DNA of 64,000 nt from assembly GCA_963775425.1 (NCBI GenBank), contig CAVZJB010000004.1:160001-224000 (forward strand), written 5' to 3'. The DNA comes from an uncultured delta proteobacterium (GTDB lineage: Bacteria; Myxococcota; UBA727; VGSZ01). Both the position numbers and the translations under genes were made by a program. The notes under the pieces were generated by a model, which was not told where the DNA came from, did not search any database, and saw only the letters and a list, made by a program, of their open reading frames with translations. Shown here one piece after another: positions 10,573-23,621 of the stretch (position 1 is its first letter; every line of letters begins with the position of its first letter).

Positions 10573-10713
10573 GCGCGCCTCCGTGTGACGCGCGTCGCAA
10601 CGGACAGGTCGATGCGCGGCGAACGACAGCGCCGGGCGCGCGCGCACAACGAACGCGTGTCGTGGCACGCAGCGCGGTGAACGAAGGCGCGGTCGCTGTC
10701 GCGACGCCGGTCG

Positions 10714-12441
10714 TCAACGAGCGGCGTCGAGCGCTCGTTCGGGCAATCCCGGAGCCACCATGTCGCCCGCGATGCGCGCGGCCATGGCCACGAGGGTCAT
10801 CGTAGGGTTGAAACCGGACGCCGTCGGGAAGACCGACGCGTCGGCCGCGTACAGGTTGCCGATGCCGTGAAAGCGGCCGTTCGCGTTGACGACGCTGTCG
10901 GCGGCGTCGAACCCCATGCGCAGCGTCCCCATGATGTGCGCCGACGCCGAGATCTCGTCGGCAGGGAGCACCACCACCCAGCGCGCCCCGGCGGTCTGCA
11001 GGACGTCGAGCATCCTGGGCCCGTAGACGTCGCGCGCGGACAGCTCGAACGGGTGGTTGTCGTACGTGATGCGCGGCGCGGGGACCCCGTCGACGTCGAC
11101 GATCTCCGGATCGAGATCGACGCGGTTTGTCGCCTGCGGCGCGTCCTCCGCCTGCAGCGCCAACACCACCACGCGGTCGCGCAACGGGCTCTGGCGCATC
11201 AGCTTCTTGAACAGCACGCCGTCGAACGCCGGGCCGCCGAGGCCGCGCAGCGTCTTCAGCACGCGCGCGTAGAACGACGCCTCCTCCACCGGGCCCTCGC
11301 TGCCCGAGATCTCGACGATGCCGCCCAGCGGGTGCTCCGGATCGTTCGGGCGCCCGCGGAAGTCCGAGAAGCCGTGCGAGACCGTGCGTCCGCGATGACC
11401 GTGCAGGCGCTCCTGATCCCAGATGCCGGCGGCCACCGTCTGGAAGTGGAACGTCAGGAAGCGCCCGACGAGGTTGTTGCCGACCGTAGACAGCTTGCAG
11501 AGGCGCGCGTCCTCGATGGCGCTCATGGCGAGCACGAAGCGGTCGCCGCTGACGGTGATGCGCTCGCCCCTGGGCCCGACGCACTCGACGCCCGTCACCT
11601 TCGTGCCCGCCCCGTTCGTCGCGATGCGCACCGCGCGCGTCTCGGAGCGCAACTGGCACCGCCCCGACAACAACGCCCGGCGCAGCGTGGTCACCGCCGG
11701 CGATCCCTTGGCGTTGTTGGCGCAGCCGAAGCCGCTGCAGAAGCCGCAGTCGACGCAGGCGGGCCTGCCGTCGTACGGCTGCGAGTTCACCGCCGTCGGA
11801 AACGGGAAGCGCGTGATCCCCTTCGACTCGAGCGCGGGGCCGATGCGCTCGGCGACGTACATGGGGACGCCGGGCTTCATCGGGAAGTCCGCGCTGCGCG
11901 GGCCCGCCCGGGGGTTGCTCGTCGCGTCTCCCTGGATGCCCATGCGCGCGTCCACCCACGCGTAGAACGGCTCGAGCATGTCGTAGTCGACGGGCCAGTC
12001 GGCGAACGACGCCCCCTGCCCGGTGGCAGCGTCGCCGAGGTCGGTGCCGAGGTGGAAGTCCTGCGGCTCGAAGCGGGGCATCTTGAGATCCGCGTGCACG
12101 CCGCCGCCGCCGACGGTCTTCGGCAGGCCGTTGACGTCGCCGACGAAGGTGCGGTCGCCGTCGCCGGCGCGCCTGCGGAACGTGCGCGGCTCTACGCGCT
12201 CGTCGGGGAAGATGAAGCCGCGGCGGTTCTTGAGCTCGTCGCACGCGTGCCGCGAGACCGGCGCGCGCGTGGGGTCGTCGAGGTGGTCGTATCGGTTCAT
12301 GCCCGCTTCGAGCACGAGCACGTTCTGGCCGTTGGCGGTGAGCACGTCGGCGACGGCGCCGCCGGCGCAGCCGCTGCCGACGATGACGACGTCGAAGTGC
12401 TCGAGCGCGGAGTTGCCGAAGACCGTCTGCCGAAACGCCAT
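10714..12441 (-). CDS. GMC-family oxidoreductase (gluconate 2-dehydrogenase flavoprotein-like)
   Basis: DVVIVGSGCAGG FAD motif, CVDCGFCSGFGC, HIMGTLRMG, NPTMT. Confidence 0.92.
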   Translation of the reverse strand: MAFRQTVFGNSALEHFDVVIVGSGCAGGAVADVLTANGQNVLVLEAGMNRYDHLDDPTRAPVSRHACDELKNRRGFIFPDERVEPRTFRRRAGDGDRTFVGDVNGLPKTVGGGGVHADLKMPRFEPQDFHLGTDLGDAATGQGASFADWPVDYDMLEPFYAWVDARMGIQGDATSNPRAGPRSADFPMKPGVPMYVAERIGPALESKGITRFPFPTAVNSQPYDGRPACVDCGFCSGFGCANNAKGSPAVTTLRRALLSGRCQLRSETRAVRIATNGAGTKVTGVECVGPRGERITVSGDRFVLAMSAIEDARLCKLSTVGNNLVGRFLTFHFQTVAAGIWDQERLHGHRGRTVSHGFSDFRGRPNDPEHPLGGIVEISGSEGPVEEASFYARVLKTLRGLGGPAFDGVLFKKLMRQSPLRDRVVVLALQAEDAPQATNRVDLDPEIVDVDGVPAPRITYDNHPFELSARDVYGPRMLDVLQTAGARWVVVLPADEISASAHIMGTLRMGFDAADSVVNANGRFHGIGNLYAADASVFPTASGFNPTMTLVAMAARIAGDMVAPGLPERALDAAR

Positions 12442-12443
12442 GT

Positions 12444-13178
12444 CTAGCCGGCCTTGGTGTCGCGACCGCCGAGGATCGCGACCGCGGTGGAGAGGAAGTC
12501 GTCGACGTCAGCGTCGATGGGGTCGGGGTCGAGCCGGTCGTCTGGCCGGCTCACGAGCGCGTCGGCGCGTTCGCGGTAGACGCCGGCGACCTCGTCGAAC
12601 GTCGAGAAGCCGAGGGGCATGAGGTCGCCCTCGTAGTGGACCATCTGCCAGCCGAGCATGTCGCGGTTGCCGCCGTACTCCGGTGCGGAGAACGCGCCTT
12701 CGAAGACGAGCTGCACGAGGGCGTCCAGGAACGTCTCGTCGAGATCTTCGAGCGTGGTCTTGTCCGTCACGCTCTTGAGGTTCTTGCGAAACAGCGGTCG
12801 CAGGCCGCCGTCGCCGAACAGCCGCGCGTAGACGGCGGCGCGCTGCACGCGGTCGAGCGGCTCGGCGTCGGCGAAGGCGTCGGGCGGGTACTCGCTGGTG
12901 GGGAGGCCGCGGGCGTCGGGGAAGGGGGTCCGGCCCGAGAACGGCCCGGACCCGAAGATGAGCCCGTCGCCGGACAGGAACAGGTCGATGTAGGCGACCA
13001 CGCCGAGCTCGCTGGCGCCCGGCGTCTCGTCGTCGGGCGGGAGCACGAGGTCCACCAGGCGGGTGAGCGCCGCGAGCTCGCCGTCGTCGAAGAACCGGCG
13101 CGACGAGCGCCCCACGCACGCCGGCAACGCGGGGGCGGCGGCGGCGAGCTTCAAGAGGCTGCGACGGCGGATGCGCAT
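12444..13178 (-). CDS. Gluconate 2-dehydrogenase subunit-3-like Tat lipoprotein
   Basis: RRRSLLK Tat motif and PAC lipobox-like Cys; PGASELGVVAYID, FSAPEYGGNRDMLGW. Confidence 0.88.
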   Translation of the reverse strand: MRIRRRSLLKLAAAAPALPACVGRSSRRFFDDGELAALTRLVDLVLPPDDETPGASELGVVAYIDLFLSGDGLIFGSGPFSGRTPFPDARGLPTSEYPPDAFADAEPLDRVQRAAVYARLFGDGGLRPLFRKNLKSVTDKTTLEDLDETFLDALVQLVFEGAFSAPEYGGNRDMLGWQMVHYEGDLMPLGFSTFDEVAGVYRERADALVSRPDDRLDPDPIDADVDDFLSTAVAILGGRDTKAG

Positions 13179-13474
13179 GCGAGGGCCGACGTTAGGGACG
13201 CCGACGACGACACCGTATCGGATGTTGAGGGGAAGCACACCCGAGGAGGCCGTCCATCGACGGCTGAAGCGCGACGCGCTCGGCGTCGAGCCCCTCGAGC
13301 GGCTCGGACGCGTTCGCGGCGGGGCCGAGAACGTCGTCGTCACGCCACCGAGAGCGCCGCGAGTGGCGACGAGGGCTGGCCCGATGGACCGTTGATCCGA
13401 GCCACCCGGAAGGGGACGGTGCTACGGCCACACGGCGGAGCGGAAAGGAGCTCCGGCGGTGGCGACGTTGTCTA

Positions 13475-13686
13475 GCCTTCGCTGATTCCGAGCGCCCAAG
13501 CACTCGCAACTCACCGAGATTTGCGCGCCAAAAGTGCGGGTCGAGCTGATCCACCTTTGGTGAAGCTCAAGCGCCGCGTGCGAATCCAGGAACCTGAACG
13601 GCGACAGGTTGAGCTGAAGACCCAGGCCGTGGACCTTGTGGGCGGCTTCGCCGAGTGCTGCTCCGAGCCTTATTTCTCGTCAGCCT
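13475..13686 (+). mobile_element. Possible insertion-sequence remnant
   Basis: Lower GC; short reading VKLKRRVRIQEPERRQVELK resembles an IS1182-type transposase N-terminus; ends in TTTCTCGTCAGCCT. Confidence 0.25.
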
Positions 13687-14877
<1,191 letters not shown>

Positions 14878-15007
14878 GCCGACATGCTACCGCACCGGCT
14901 GTCTCCGGCTCGGTGTGCGCCGATGGGCGCACGCCGACAAGCGGGCGTCGGCGTGCGTGCGGCGATAGCGCCGCTGGTAGGGCAGGCGCGAGCGGGCTCA
15001 TGCGTGA

Positions 15008-15040
15008 GCAACAGAATACCCCCGTCGGGTATTCGGTTGC
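15008..15040 (-). terminator. Hairpin just downstream of rplW (terminator or stabiliser)
   Basis: GCAAC-a-GAATACCC...GGGTATTC-g-GTTGC inverted repeat; no U-tract. Confidence 0.5.
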
Positions 15041-15060
15041 GCGCGCGGCCCGCCGGGCGG

Positions 15061-15372
15061 CTACGCGGGCGGGGGCTCGCCGGGGAGCACGCCGAACACG
15101 TCGAGGTCCGTGCCCTCAGCGAGGGTCACGATGGCCTTCTTCCAGTTCTGGCGGCGGCCGGCGAACTTGCCGACGCGCTTGTACTTCCCGCGAAACACCA
15201 TGGTCCGCACGTCGGTGACCTTGACGTCGAAGAGCTTCTCGACGGCGTTCTTCACGTCCGCCTTCTTCGCGCCGCGGTCAACGGCGAACACGATCTTGCC
15301 CGCCTCGGCCTTCAGGGCCGAGGCCTTCTCGGTGACGATGGGCTTGCGAATGACGTCGTACATGTCGTGCAT
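15061..15372 (-). CDS. rplW: 50S ribosomal protein L23
   Basis: PIVTEKA, AVEKLFDVKV, WKKAIVTL. Confidence 0.97.
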   Translation of the reverse strand: MHDMYDVIRKPIVTEKASALKAEAGKIVFAVDRGAKKADVKNAVEKLFDVKVTDVRTMVFRGKYKRVGKFAGRRQNWKKAIVTLAEGTDLDVFGVLPGEPPPA

Positions 15373-15388
15373 TACGATCTCCTTGCCG

Positions 15389-16024
15389 TCATTCGACGAC
15401 GTTGCCGTCGGGGTTGAGGCGCCCTTGGATGGCGCGCACGGCCGCTTCCGTCATCACCAGCGACGGGTACTTCAAGACGTCGAGGACGTTGAGCCCGTTG
15501 ACGTGAAGGAAGCGCGAGTCCGGCAGGTTCCGGGCCGAGCGCTCGAGCTTCTCGTTGTCGCTGTCGACGATGAGCGTGCTGCCGGTCTTGAGCGACTTGA
15601 TGGCGCCGGCGACGAGCTTGGTCTTGGTGTCCGAGAGGTCGAAGCTCTTGACGACCTTGAGGCCACCCTCCTTCAGCCGGAGCGACAGCGCGGTGGCGAT
15701 GGCCGCGCGGCGCTTGGCCTTGGGCATCGCGAACCCGTAGTCGCGCGGCTTGGGCGCGAACGCCACGCCGCCGCCGACGAAGTGCGGGCCCTTGGAGTCA
15801 CCCTGGCGGGCGTTGCCCGTGTGCTTCTGGCCGTAGGGCTTCTTGGTGGTGCCGTTCACCTCGGTGCGCGTCTTGGTGGACTGCGTGCCGCGGCGGGCCT
15901 TGGCGCGCTGCCACTGGACGACCTCGGTGAGGAGGTACTTCTTGATGGGGGCGGCGAAGACGGCGTCATCGAGGTCGATGGAGCCCACCGTCGCGCCGGT
16001 CAAATCGAGGAGATCGTGTTTCAT
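15389..16024 (-). CDS. rplD: 50S ribosomal protein L4
   Basis: [32 protein letters not shown]. Confidence 0.97.
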   Translation of the reverse strand: MKHDLLDLTGATVGSIDLDDAVFAAPIKKYLLTEVVQWQRAKARRGTQSTKTRTEVNGTTKKPYGQKHTGNARQGDSKGPHFVGGGVAFAPKPRDYGFAMPKAKRRAAIATALSLRLKEGGLKVVKSFDLSDTKTKLVAGAIKSLKTGSTLIVDSDNEKLERSARNLPDSRFLHVNGLNVLDVLKYPSLVMTEAAVRAIQGRLNPDGNVVE

Positions 16025-16034
16025 GGCGCGAACC

Positions 16035-16343
<309 letters not shown>

Positions 16344-16449
16344 AAAGAACCTCGCGCGGGCAGTACGGCCCGCTCGCTTGAAAAGAACCTGCTCGATGCG
16401 GTGGACGAGCCGCCGCGCCACGTTCCCGCGGCGCGGCGACCGGCCTGCG

Positions 16450-17640
<1,191 letters not shown>

Positions 17641-17711
17641 GGTCTCTCTCCTCGACTCTCTCGAATCTCAAATCTCGATGGGGGTGGAACTACTCGGCAC
17701 AAACGGGCGGA

Positions 17712-19814
17712 TCAACCACCGTTCGCCTTGGCGATGATCTGCTCGGCGATGTTGGCGGGGACGGCGTCGTAGTTGCCGAACTCCATGGTGTAGCTGGCGC
17801 GCCCCTGGGTGCGCGAGCGGATGGCGTTGGCGTAGCCGAACATCTCGGCCAGCGGCACGATGGCGTTCACGACCTTCATGCCCGCGCGCTCGTCCATGCC
17901 CTGGACCTGGCCGCGGCGGGAGTTGAGGTCGCCGATGACGTCGCCCATCCACTCGTCGGGCGTCACCACCTCCACCTTCATCATGGGCTCGAGGATGACG
18001 GGCTTGGCCTTCTGGGCCCCCTCCTTGAACGCCATGGAGCCGGCGATCTCGAACGCGTTCGCGTTGGAGTCGACGTCGTGGTAGCTGCCGTCGAACACCT
18101 CGACCTTGACGTCGACGACGGGGTAGCCCGCGCGGATGCCGCGCAGGAGCGCGCCCTCCACGCCCTTTTGGACGGCCGGGATGAACTCGCGGGGGATGGA
18201 ACCGCCCACGGTGCTGTTTTCGAACTCGAAGCCCTTGCCGGCCTCGTTGGGCGCGATGCGCAACCAGACGTGGCCGTACTGGCCGCGGCCGCCGGTCTGC
18301 TTGACGTACTTGCCTTCCTGCTCGACGGACGAGGTGATGGTCTCGCGGTAGGCCACCTGCGGCTTGCCGACGTTGGCCTCGACGCCGTACTCGCGCTTGA
18401 GGCGGTCGACGATGATCTCGAGGTGGAGCTCGCCCATGCCGGAGATGGTGGTCTGGTTGGTCTCCTCGTCGGTCTTCAGGCGCAGCGACGGGTCCTCCGC
18501 GGCCAGGCGGCCGAGGCCCACGCCCATCTTCTCCTGGTCCACCTTGGTGCGCGGCTCGATGGCCAGCGTGACGACGGCGGGAGGCACGGTGAGGCGCTCG
18601 AGCACCACGGGCTTGTCCTCGTCGCACAGGGTGTCGCCGGTGACGCACTCGACGCCGATGGCGGCGGCGATCTGTCCCGCGTAGACCTCCTCAATCTCCT
18701 CGCGCTTGTCGGCGAACATGCGCACGATGCGGCCGATGCGCAGCCGGCGCCCGGTGCGCGCGTTCAGCACGCTGGCGCCCTTCTTCAGCACGCCGGCGTA
18801 GACGCGCACGAAGGTGAGCTGGCCGAACTTGTCGTTGATGAGCTTGAACGCGAGCGCGGTGAGCGGCTCGTCGTCGTCGGCGTTGCGGACAATCTCTTTG
18901 GTCTCGTCCTTCAGGTCCTTGCCCTTGAGCGGCGGGATGTCGATGGGCGCGGGCAGGAAGTCGATGACGGAGTCGAGGAGGTACTGCACGCCCTTGTTCT
19001 TGAACGCGGAGCCGCAGAACGTGGGCACGAGCTTGAGGCCGATGCAGCCCTTGCGCAGGGCGCTCACGAGCTCCATCTCGGTGATCTCCTGGCCGTCCAG
19101 GAACTTGGCAGCGATGTCGTCGTCGACGTCGGCGCACTGCTCCACGAGCTTCTCGCGGTACTCGGCGGCCTGTGCCTTGAGGTTGTCCGGGATGTCGATG
19201 AGGTCGTAGGCCGCCCCCATCGTCTCGTCCTTCCAGGTGATGCCCTTCATGCGCACGAGGTCGACGAGGCCCTTGAAGCCCGCCTCGGCCCCGATGGGCA
19301 GCGTGAGCACCGCGGCGTTGGCCTTGAGGCGCTCCTTGATCATGTCGACGCAGCGGAAGAAGTTGGCGCCGGTGCGGTCGAGCTTGTTGACGAAGCACAT
19401 GCGCGGGACGCCGTAGCGGTCCGCCTGACGCCACACCGTCTCCGACTGCGGCTCCACGCCCGCGACACCGTCGAACACGACGCACGCGCCGTCGAGGACG
19501 CGCAAGGAGCGCTCCACCTCGATGGTGAAGTCCACGTGTCCGGGCGTGTCGATGATGTTGATCTGGAACTTGGGCGACTTGGGGTCCTGGCGGCGCTGCC
19601 AGTGGCAGGTGACGGCGGCGGAGGTGATGGTGATGCCGCGCTCGCGCTCCTGCTCCATGTAATCGGTCGTGGTCGCACCGTCGTGGACCTCGCCAATCTT
19701 GTGGGTCATTCCCGAGTAATAAAGGATGCGCTCCGTGGTGGTGGTCTTGCCGGCATCGATGTGCGCGATGATGCCGATGTTCCGGGTGCGCTCGAGGGGG
19801 TACTCGCGGGGCAT
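17712..19814 (-). CDS. fusA: Elongation factor G
   Basis: [24 protein letters not shown]. Confidence 0.99.
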   Translation of the reverse strand: MPREYPLERTRNIGIIAHIDAGKTTTTERILYYSGMTHKIGEVHDGATTTDYMEQERERGITITSAAVTCHWQRRQDPKSPKFQINIIDTPGHVDFTIEVERSLRVLDGACVVFDGVAGVEPQSETVWRQADRYGVPRMCFVNKLDRTGANFFRCVDMIKERLKANAAVLTLPIGAEAGFKGLVDLVRMKGITWKDETMGAAYDLIDIPDNLKAQAAEYREKLVEQCADVDDDIAAKFLDGQEITEMELVSALRKGCIGLKLVPTFCGSAFKNKGVQYLLDSVIDFLPAPIDIPPLKGKDLKDETKEIVRNADDDEPLTALAFKLINDKFGQLTFVRVYAGVLKKGASVLNARTGRRLRIGRIVRMFADKREEIEEVYAGQIAAAIGVECVTGDTLCDEDKPVVLERLTVPPAVVTLAIEPRTKVDQEKMGVGLGRLAAEDPSLRLKTDEETNQTTISGMGELHLEIIVDRLKREYGVEANVGKPQVAYRETITSSVEQEGKYVKQTGGRGQYGHVWLRIAPNEAGKGFEFENSTVGGSIPREFIPAVQKGVEGALLRGIRAGYPVVDVKVEVFDGSYHDVDSNANAFEIAGSMAFKEGAQKAKPVILEPMMKVEVVTPDEWMGDVIGDLNSRRGQVQGMDERAGMKVVNAIVPLAEMFGYANAIRSRTQGRASYTMEFGNYDAVPANIAEQIIAKANGG

Positions 19815-19894
19815 GACTTCAACCTTCCATGTCTGTCAGAGAGCTCACGGCGCGCGCAGCAGCGGGCGCCGCCCCTAGAAAAGGGATGCTTGAT

Positions 19895-20365
19895 TCACCA
19901 GCGGTAGTGCGCGAACGCCTTGTTGGCCTCGGCCATGCGGTGCGTGTCCTCGCGCTTCTTCACGGCGCCCCCGCGGCCCTGGGCAGCGTCGAGGATCTCG
20001 TTGGCCAGGCGCTCCATCATGGTGCGCTCGCCACGCTCGCGGGCGGCGTCTCGCAGCCAGCGCAGGCCGAGCGCCACGCGACGCTCCGGACGCACCTCGA
20101 CGGGCACCTGGAAGTTGGCGCCGCCGACGCGGCGGCTCTTCACCTCGACGGCCGGCTTGATGGCGTCGAGGGCGCGCTTGAAGACCTTCAAGGGCTCTTC
20201 CTTGGAGCGGTCCTCCACGAGCGAAAACGCCTTGTAGACGACGCCTTCACCGGCGGACTTCTTTCCCTCGAACATCAGCACGTTCACGAACTTCGTGACG
20301 AGCCGGTCCTGGTACTTCGGGTCCGGGTTGACCTTGCGCTTGGGAACTTCACGACGACGAGGCAT
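19895..20365 (-). CDS. rpsG: 30S ribosomal protein S7
   Basis: [27 protein letters not shown]. Confidence 0.99.
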   Translation of the reverse strand: MPRRREVPKRKVNPDPKYQDRLVTKFVNVLMFEGKKSAGEGVVYKAFSLVEDRSKEEPLKVFKRALDAIKPAVEVKSRRVGGANFQVPVEVRPERRVALGLRWLRDAARERGERTMMERLANEILDAAQGRGGAVKKREDTHRMAEANKAFAHYRW

Positions 20366-20417
20366 TTTTCATTCTCCGAGGTGGGGGACGCGGCCCCGAC
20401 CTACCACTGGGGACGCC

Positions 20418-20789
20418 CTACTTGGGACGCTTGGCGCCGTACTTGGAGCGGCTCTGGCGGCGGTTGTTGACGCCGACGGCATCGAGGGTGCCGCGGATGA
20501 TGTGGTAGCGGACGCCGGGGAGATCCTTGACGCGGCCGCCGCGGATGAGGACCACGGAGTGCTCCTGCAGGTTGTGGCCCTCTCCCGGGATGTACGTCGT
20601 GACTTCGAGGCCGTTGGTCAGACGGACGCGGGCGACCTTGCGCAGCGCCGAGTTCGGCTTCTTGGGCGTCGTGGTGTACACGCGGGTGCACACGCCGCGC
20701 TTCTGCGGGCACGCCTTCAGGTGCGGCGACTTGCTCTTCTCGACGAGCTGGGTGCGTCCGTGGCGAACCAGCTGGTTAATGGTCGGCAT
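20418..20789 (-). CDS. rpsL: 30S ribosomal protein S12
   Basis: [20 protein letters not shown]. Confidence 0.99.
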   Translation of the reverse strand: MPTINQLVRHGRTQLVEKSKSPHLKACPQKRGVCTRVYTTTPKKPNSALRKVARVRLTNGLEVTTYIPGEGHNLQEHSVVLIRGGRVKDLPGVRYHIIRGTLDAVGVNNRRQSRSKYGAKRPK

Positions 20790-20945
20790 CCGTAATCCTC
20801 ACAGCCTCACAGCAGTCATTGCCCGCCACGCGAGCGACCCCCCGGAAAGGAAGGATCGCCCGTGTCGCCTCCCGTGCAGCCCTCGTCAAGATGGGTCGCT
20901 CGAGATCGGTCCCCTCGCCGTGGCGCGGGGACCGAAAGCGCGGCG

Positions 20946-20973
20946 ACTGTACAGACGGCCGGGGGCGTGTCAA
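20946..20973 (-). promoter_or_regulatory. Sigma70-type promoter of the str operon
   Basis: TTGACA-16 nt-TACAGT on the minus strand, about 155 nt upstream of rpsL. Confidence 0.8.
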
Positions 20974-20996
20974 GGGCGGCCGCCGTCGTCTCCGCG

Positions 20997-23246
20997 CTAG
21001 GGCACGAGCTCCACGGTCAGGTTGGTGGTGTTTGCCCCGTCCGCCGCCAGGGCGGCGAAGGTGTCGACGACGACGAAGTAGGTGGAGCCGTTCGCGACGT
21101 CGACGGTGAGGTCGGACGGGCCGACGGCGGCGCCGTCGTCGTTGCAGCCGACGTTGTCGCCGAACTGGCAGCTCCCCTCGCGGACGTACACGACCGTGTC
21201 GACGTCGCCGTCCGTGGTGAGGTGCAGCGTGGCGTCGGCGGTGGCCGCGAAGGTGAAGACGGTCTCCTGGCCGGCGCCGCCGCACGTGCCGCTGAGGCCG
21301 CTCGCGGCCGCCGGGTCGAGGGTCACCGCCTGGACGGTGGGCGTGCCCGCCGAGGGGAACGCGAGCGTGGCGGGGGCCGCGCACGCCGGCGCCGGCGGGA
21401 TGTCGGCGATGGTGGACACGTTGAGCGTGTAGCCGCCCGCCGTGAGCGAGTCCCCGCCGAACAGCGCGGCCAGGAAGTCGTAGGTGCCGTCGACGACGAC
21501 GAGGTAGTCGCCGGCGGGGACGTCGGGGATCTGCAGCGTGATGTCGTCGCCGGACTCGCAGGCGCCGTTGTCCTCGGCGTCGGCGCGATCGGTGGTCGCG
21601 GTGCCGTCGCGCTTGACCGCCTGCAGGTCACGCAGGTCCGCCGGGCACGCGCCGCCGGGCGCGAGGTACATCTGCACGGAGCCGTTGAAGTTGCCGGCGT
21701 TGGCGTCGGTGGGATCGAGCGGATCCCCCGTGAAGCGGATCTGGACGTTGGAGGTGTCGGCGAGGGTGACGGCGTAGAAGTCGTCGTTGAGCCACTGGTC
21801 CGGCGTCTGGTCGCGCTCGCCGTTGCACAGGCCGAGGTGGCCGACGCTGCCGCCGGCGGTGGATCCGGTCTGGTCCGCGGCGAGCGTCAACGACGCCGGC
21901 GACGTGCAGCCGGTGTTGGGCGGCGGCGCGTAGTCGATGGTGGGCGTGACATCGTAGGTGAACGTCGTCGCCGTGGGCGCCGTCTGCGAGACGTGCACGA
22001 GGTAGCGGTTGGCCGCGGTCATCCCGGGGACGGTGACGGTGAGCGTGGTGCCCACGAGCGCCGTGGTGGCCGCCGCAAACGCGGTGGCCGCGCCGCCGCC
22101 GTCGGGCTGCTCCTCGACGGTGACGGTGAGGTTGGTGCCGTCGTCGAGGGCGAGGGAGCCGTCCGCGTCTCCGCCGGTGGGATCGAGCACGATGACGTCC
22201 TCGTCGCCGGCGCACAGGTTGTGCTGCGACGGCGTGGCCGACGAAGCGGTGAACACCTGGGCGAGGTCGGTGGCGACGGCGTCGTCGAGGCCGCCGGGGA
22301 GGTCGTTGGCGTCGCCCTCGCAGCCGTGCGTGATGGCCAGCGTGTAGGGGATGCCGTCGAGGCCGGCGCCGGTCTCGGTGACCTTGGCGAGGTAGAAGCC
22401 CGCGGGCACGTCGCTGAGGTCGGTGATCTCGGCGCCCTCGGCGGTGACCACGACGCCGGCGGTGGCGTTCGGGTCCGTGAGGTTCGTGAGGGTGGCGGCC
22501 TCGTCGACGGTGGCGCCTTCGACGACGAGGTTGGCGCCCGTGCCGTCGGCGGTGACGCCGAGCGCGCCGCCGAGGTGGCCGATGAGGAAGTAGTCGACGT
22601 CGGCCGGGCAGAGGTTCAGCAGCGTGGGGTCGGTGGTGAGGTCGCCGGTGCCCGCGAAGGCGGCGGACGCGAAGTCGTCGTTGGGCTCGACGCCGTCGCC
22701 GGTGCACTGCGGCGGCCCGATGGTGACGGTGAGATCGAACGGGCCGTTCACGCCGTCGTTGCCGTCGACGACGAGGAAGTAGGTGCCGGGCTCGACGTTG
22801 TTGAGCGTCAGGGACTCGTCGCCGAAGGCGTTGTCGACGCACGCGCCCTCGACGAGGGACGCGTCGTCGCATGCCGGGGCGTTGTAGAGCGCGAACAGCA
22901 GGTCGCCCACGGTCTGATCGTCGTCGTTGACGTCGAGCGTGACGGCGACGGAGGAGGCCTCGGTGAGCGTGAAGGTGTACGCGAGGTCGCCGGCGGCGCC
23001 GGCGGTGGTGAAGTCGCAGGCGGTGACGACGTCGTCGGCGGCGGTGGTGGTGTCGCCGTGGACGGTCTGCCCGCTCGTGATCGGGGCCGCGGTGGCGCAG
23101 GTCTCGTTGCCGCCTTCGCCCTCCCCTTCCCCCTCGCCTTCCCCTTCGCCCTCGCCCTCGCCTTCGCCCTCGGCGGGCGGCGGGCAGGCGGTGAACAGCG
23201 ACAGGGCGCTCGACGCGATCGCGATCGACAGGACACGCTTCAGCAT
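20997..23246 (-). CDS. Large acidic lipoprotein with an (EG)10 linker and several PPC-like beta-domains
   Basis: MLKRVLSIAIASSALSLFTAC lipobox; GNETCATAAPI, PGTYFLVVDG, EPND, GDYLVVVDG, GSTYFVVVD. Confidence 0.88.
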   Translation of the reverse strand: MLKRVLSIAIASSALSLFTACPPPAEGEGEGEGEGEGEGEGEGEGGNETCATAAPITSGQTVHGDTTTAADDVVTACDFTTAGAAGDLAYTFTLTEASSVAVTLDVNDDDQTVGDLLFALYNAPACDDASLVEGACVDNAFGDESLTLNNVEPGTYFLVVDGNDGVNGPFDLTVTIGPPQCTGDGVEPNDDFASAAFAGTGDLTTDPTLLNLCPADVDYFLIGHLGGALGVTADGTGANLVVEGATVDEAATLTNLTDPNATAGVVVTAEGAEITDLSDVPAGFYLAKVTETGAGLDGIPYTLAITHGCEGDANDLPGGLDDAVATDLAQVFTASSATPSQHNLCAGDEDVIVLDPTGGDADGSLALDDGTNLTVTVEEQPDGGGAATAFAAATTALVGTTLTVTVPGMTAANRYLVHVSQTAPTATTFTYDVTPTIDYAPPPNTGCTSPASLTLAADQTGSTAGGSVGHLGLCNGERDQTPDQWLNDDFYAVTLADTSNVQIRFTGDPLDPTDANAGNFNGSVQMYLAPGGACPADLRDLQAVKRDGTATTDRADAEDNGACESGDDITLQIPDVPAGDYLVVVDGTYDFLAALFGGDSLTAGGYTLNVSTIADIPPAPACAAPATLAFPSAGTPTVQAVTLDPAAASGLSGTCGGAGQETVFTFAATADATLHLTTDGDVDTVVYVREGSCQFGDNVGCNDDGAAVGPSDLTVDVANGSTYFVVVDTFAALAADGANTTNLTVELVP

Positions 23247-23311
23247 GATGATGACCTCGCCATTTCCATGAGGCGGCGGTCGTAGGCGGAGCGGCCGGCG
23301 AGCGCAATCCG

Positions 23312-23560
23312 TCAGGGGCGCTTCGCCTCGAAGAACCCGCGCAGGGCCGCGGCGACGGCGTCGGGCGCCTCGAGGTCCGGCCCGTTGTGGCCCGCCCCCG
23401 GGATCACCACCCGGGCGGCGCCCGGGATGGCGGCGGCGACGGCGTCCGCGGCGTCGATGAGGAAGCGCGGGCCCTTGTCCCCCGACAAAAGGAGCGTCGG
23501 GCAGGCCACGGCGCCGAAGCGGGACGCGTCGGGCGCGTCGCGGCATTGGACGGCGCGGCG
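23312..23560 (-). pseudogene. C-terminal fragment of an alpha/beta hydrolase
   Basis: ACPTLLLSGD...VIPGAGH...APDAVAAALRGFF; no N-terminal nucleophile region before the divergent map gene. Confidence 0.6.
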
Positions 23561-23621
23561 CCGGCCGCATTGATGCGCCGCGGGGGGACGCTCGTCGACG
23601 GAGCGGCCCGCGGAGGATCAC

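Noticed and set aside
20418-20789. Streptomycin-resistance alleles of rpsL
   Set aside because: PKKPNS and RVKDLP motifs are wild type
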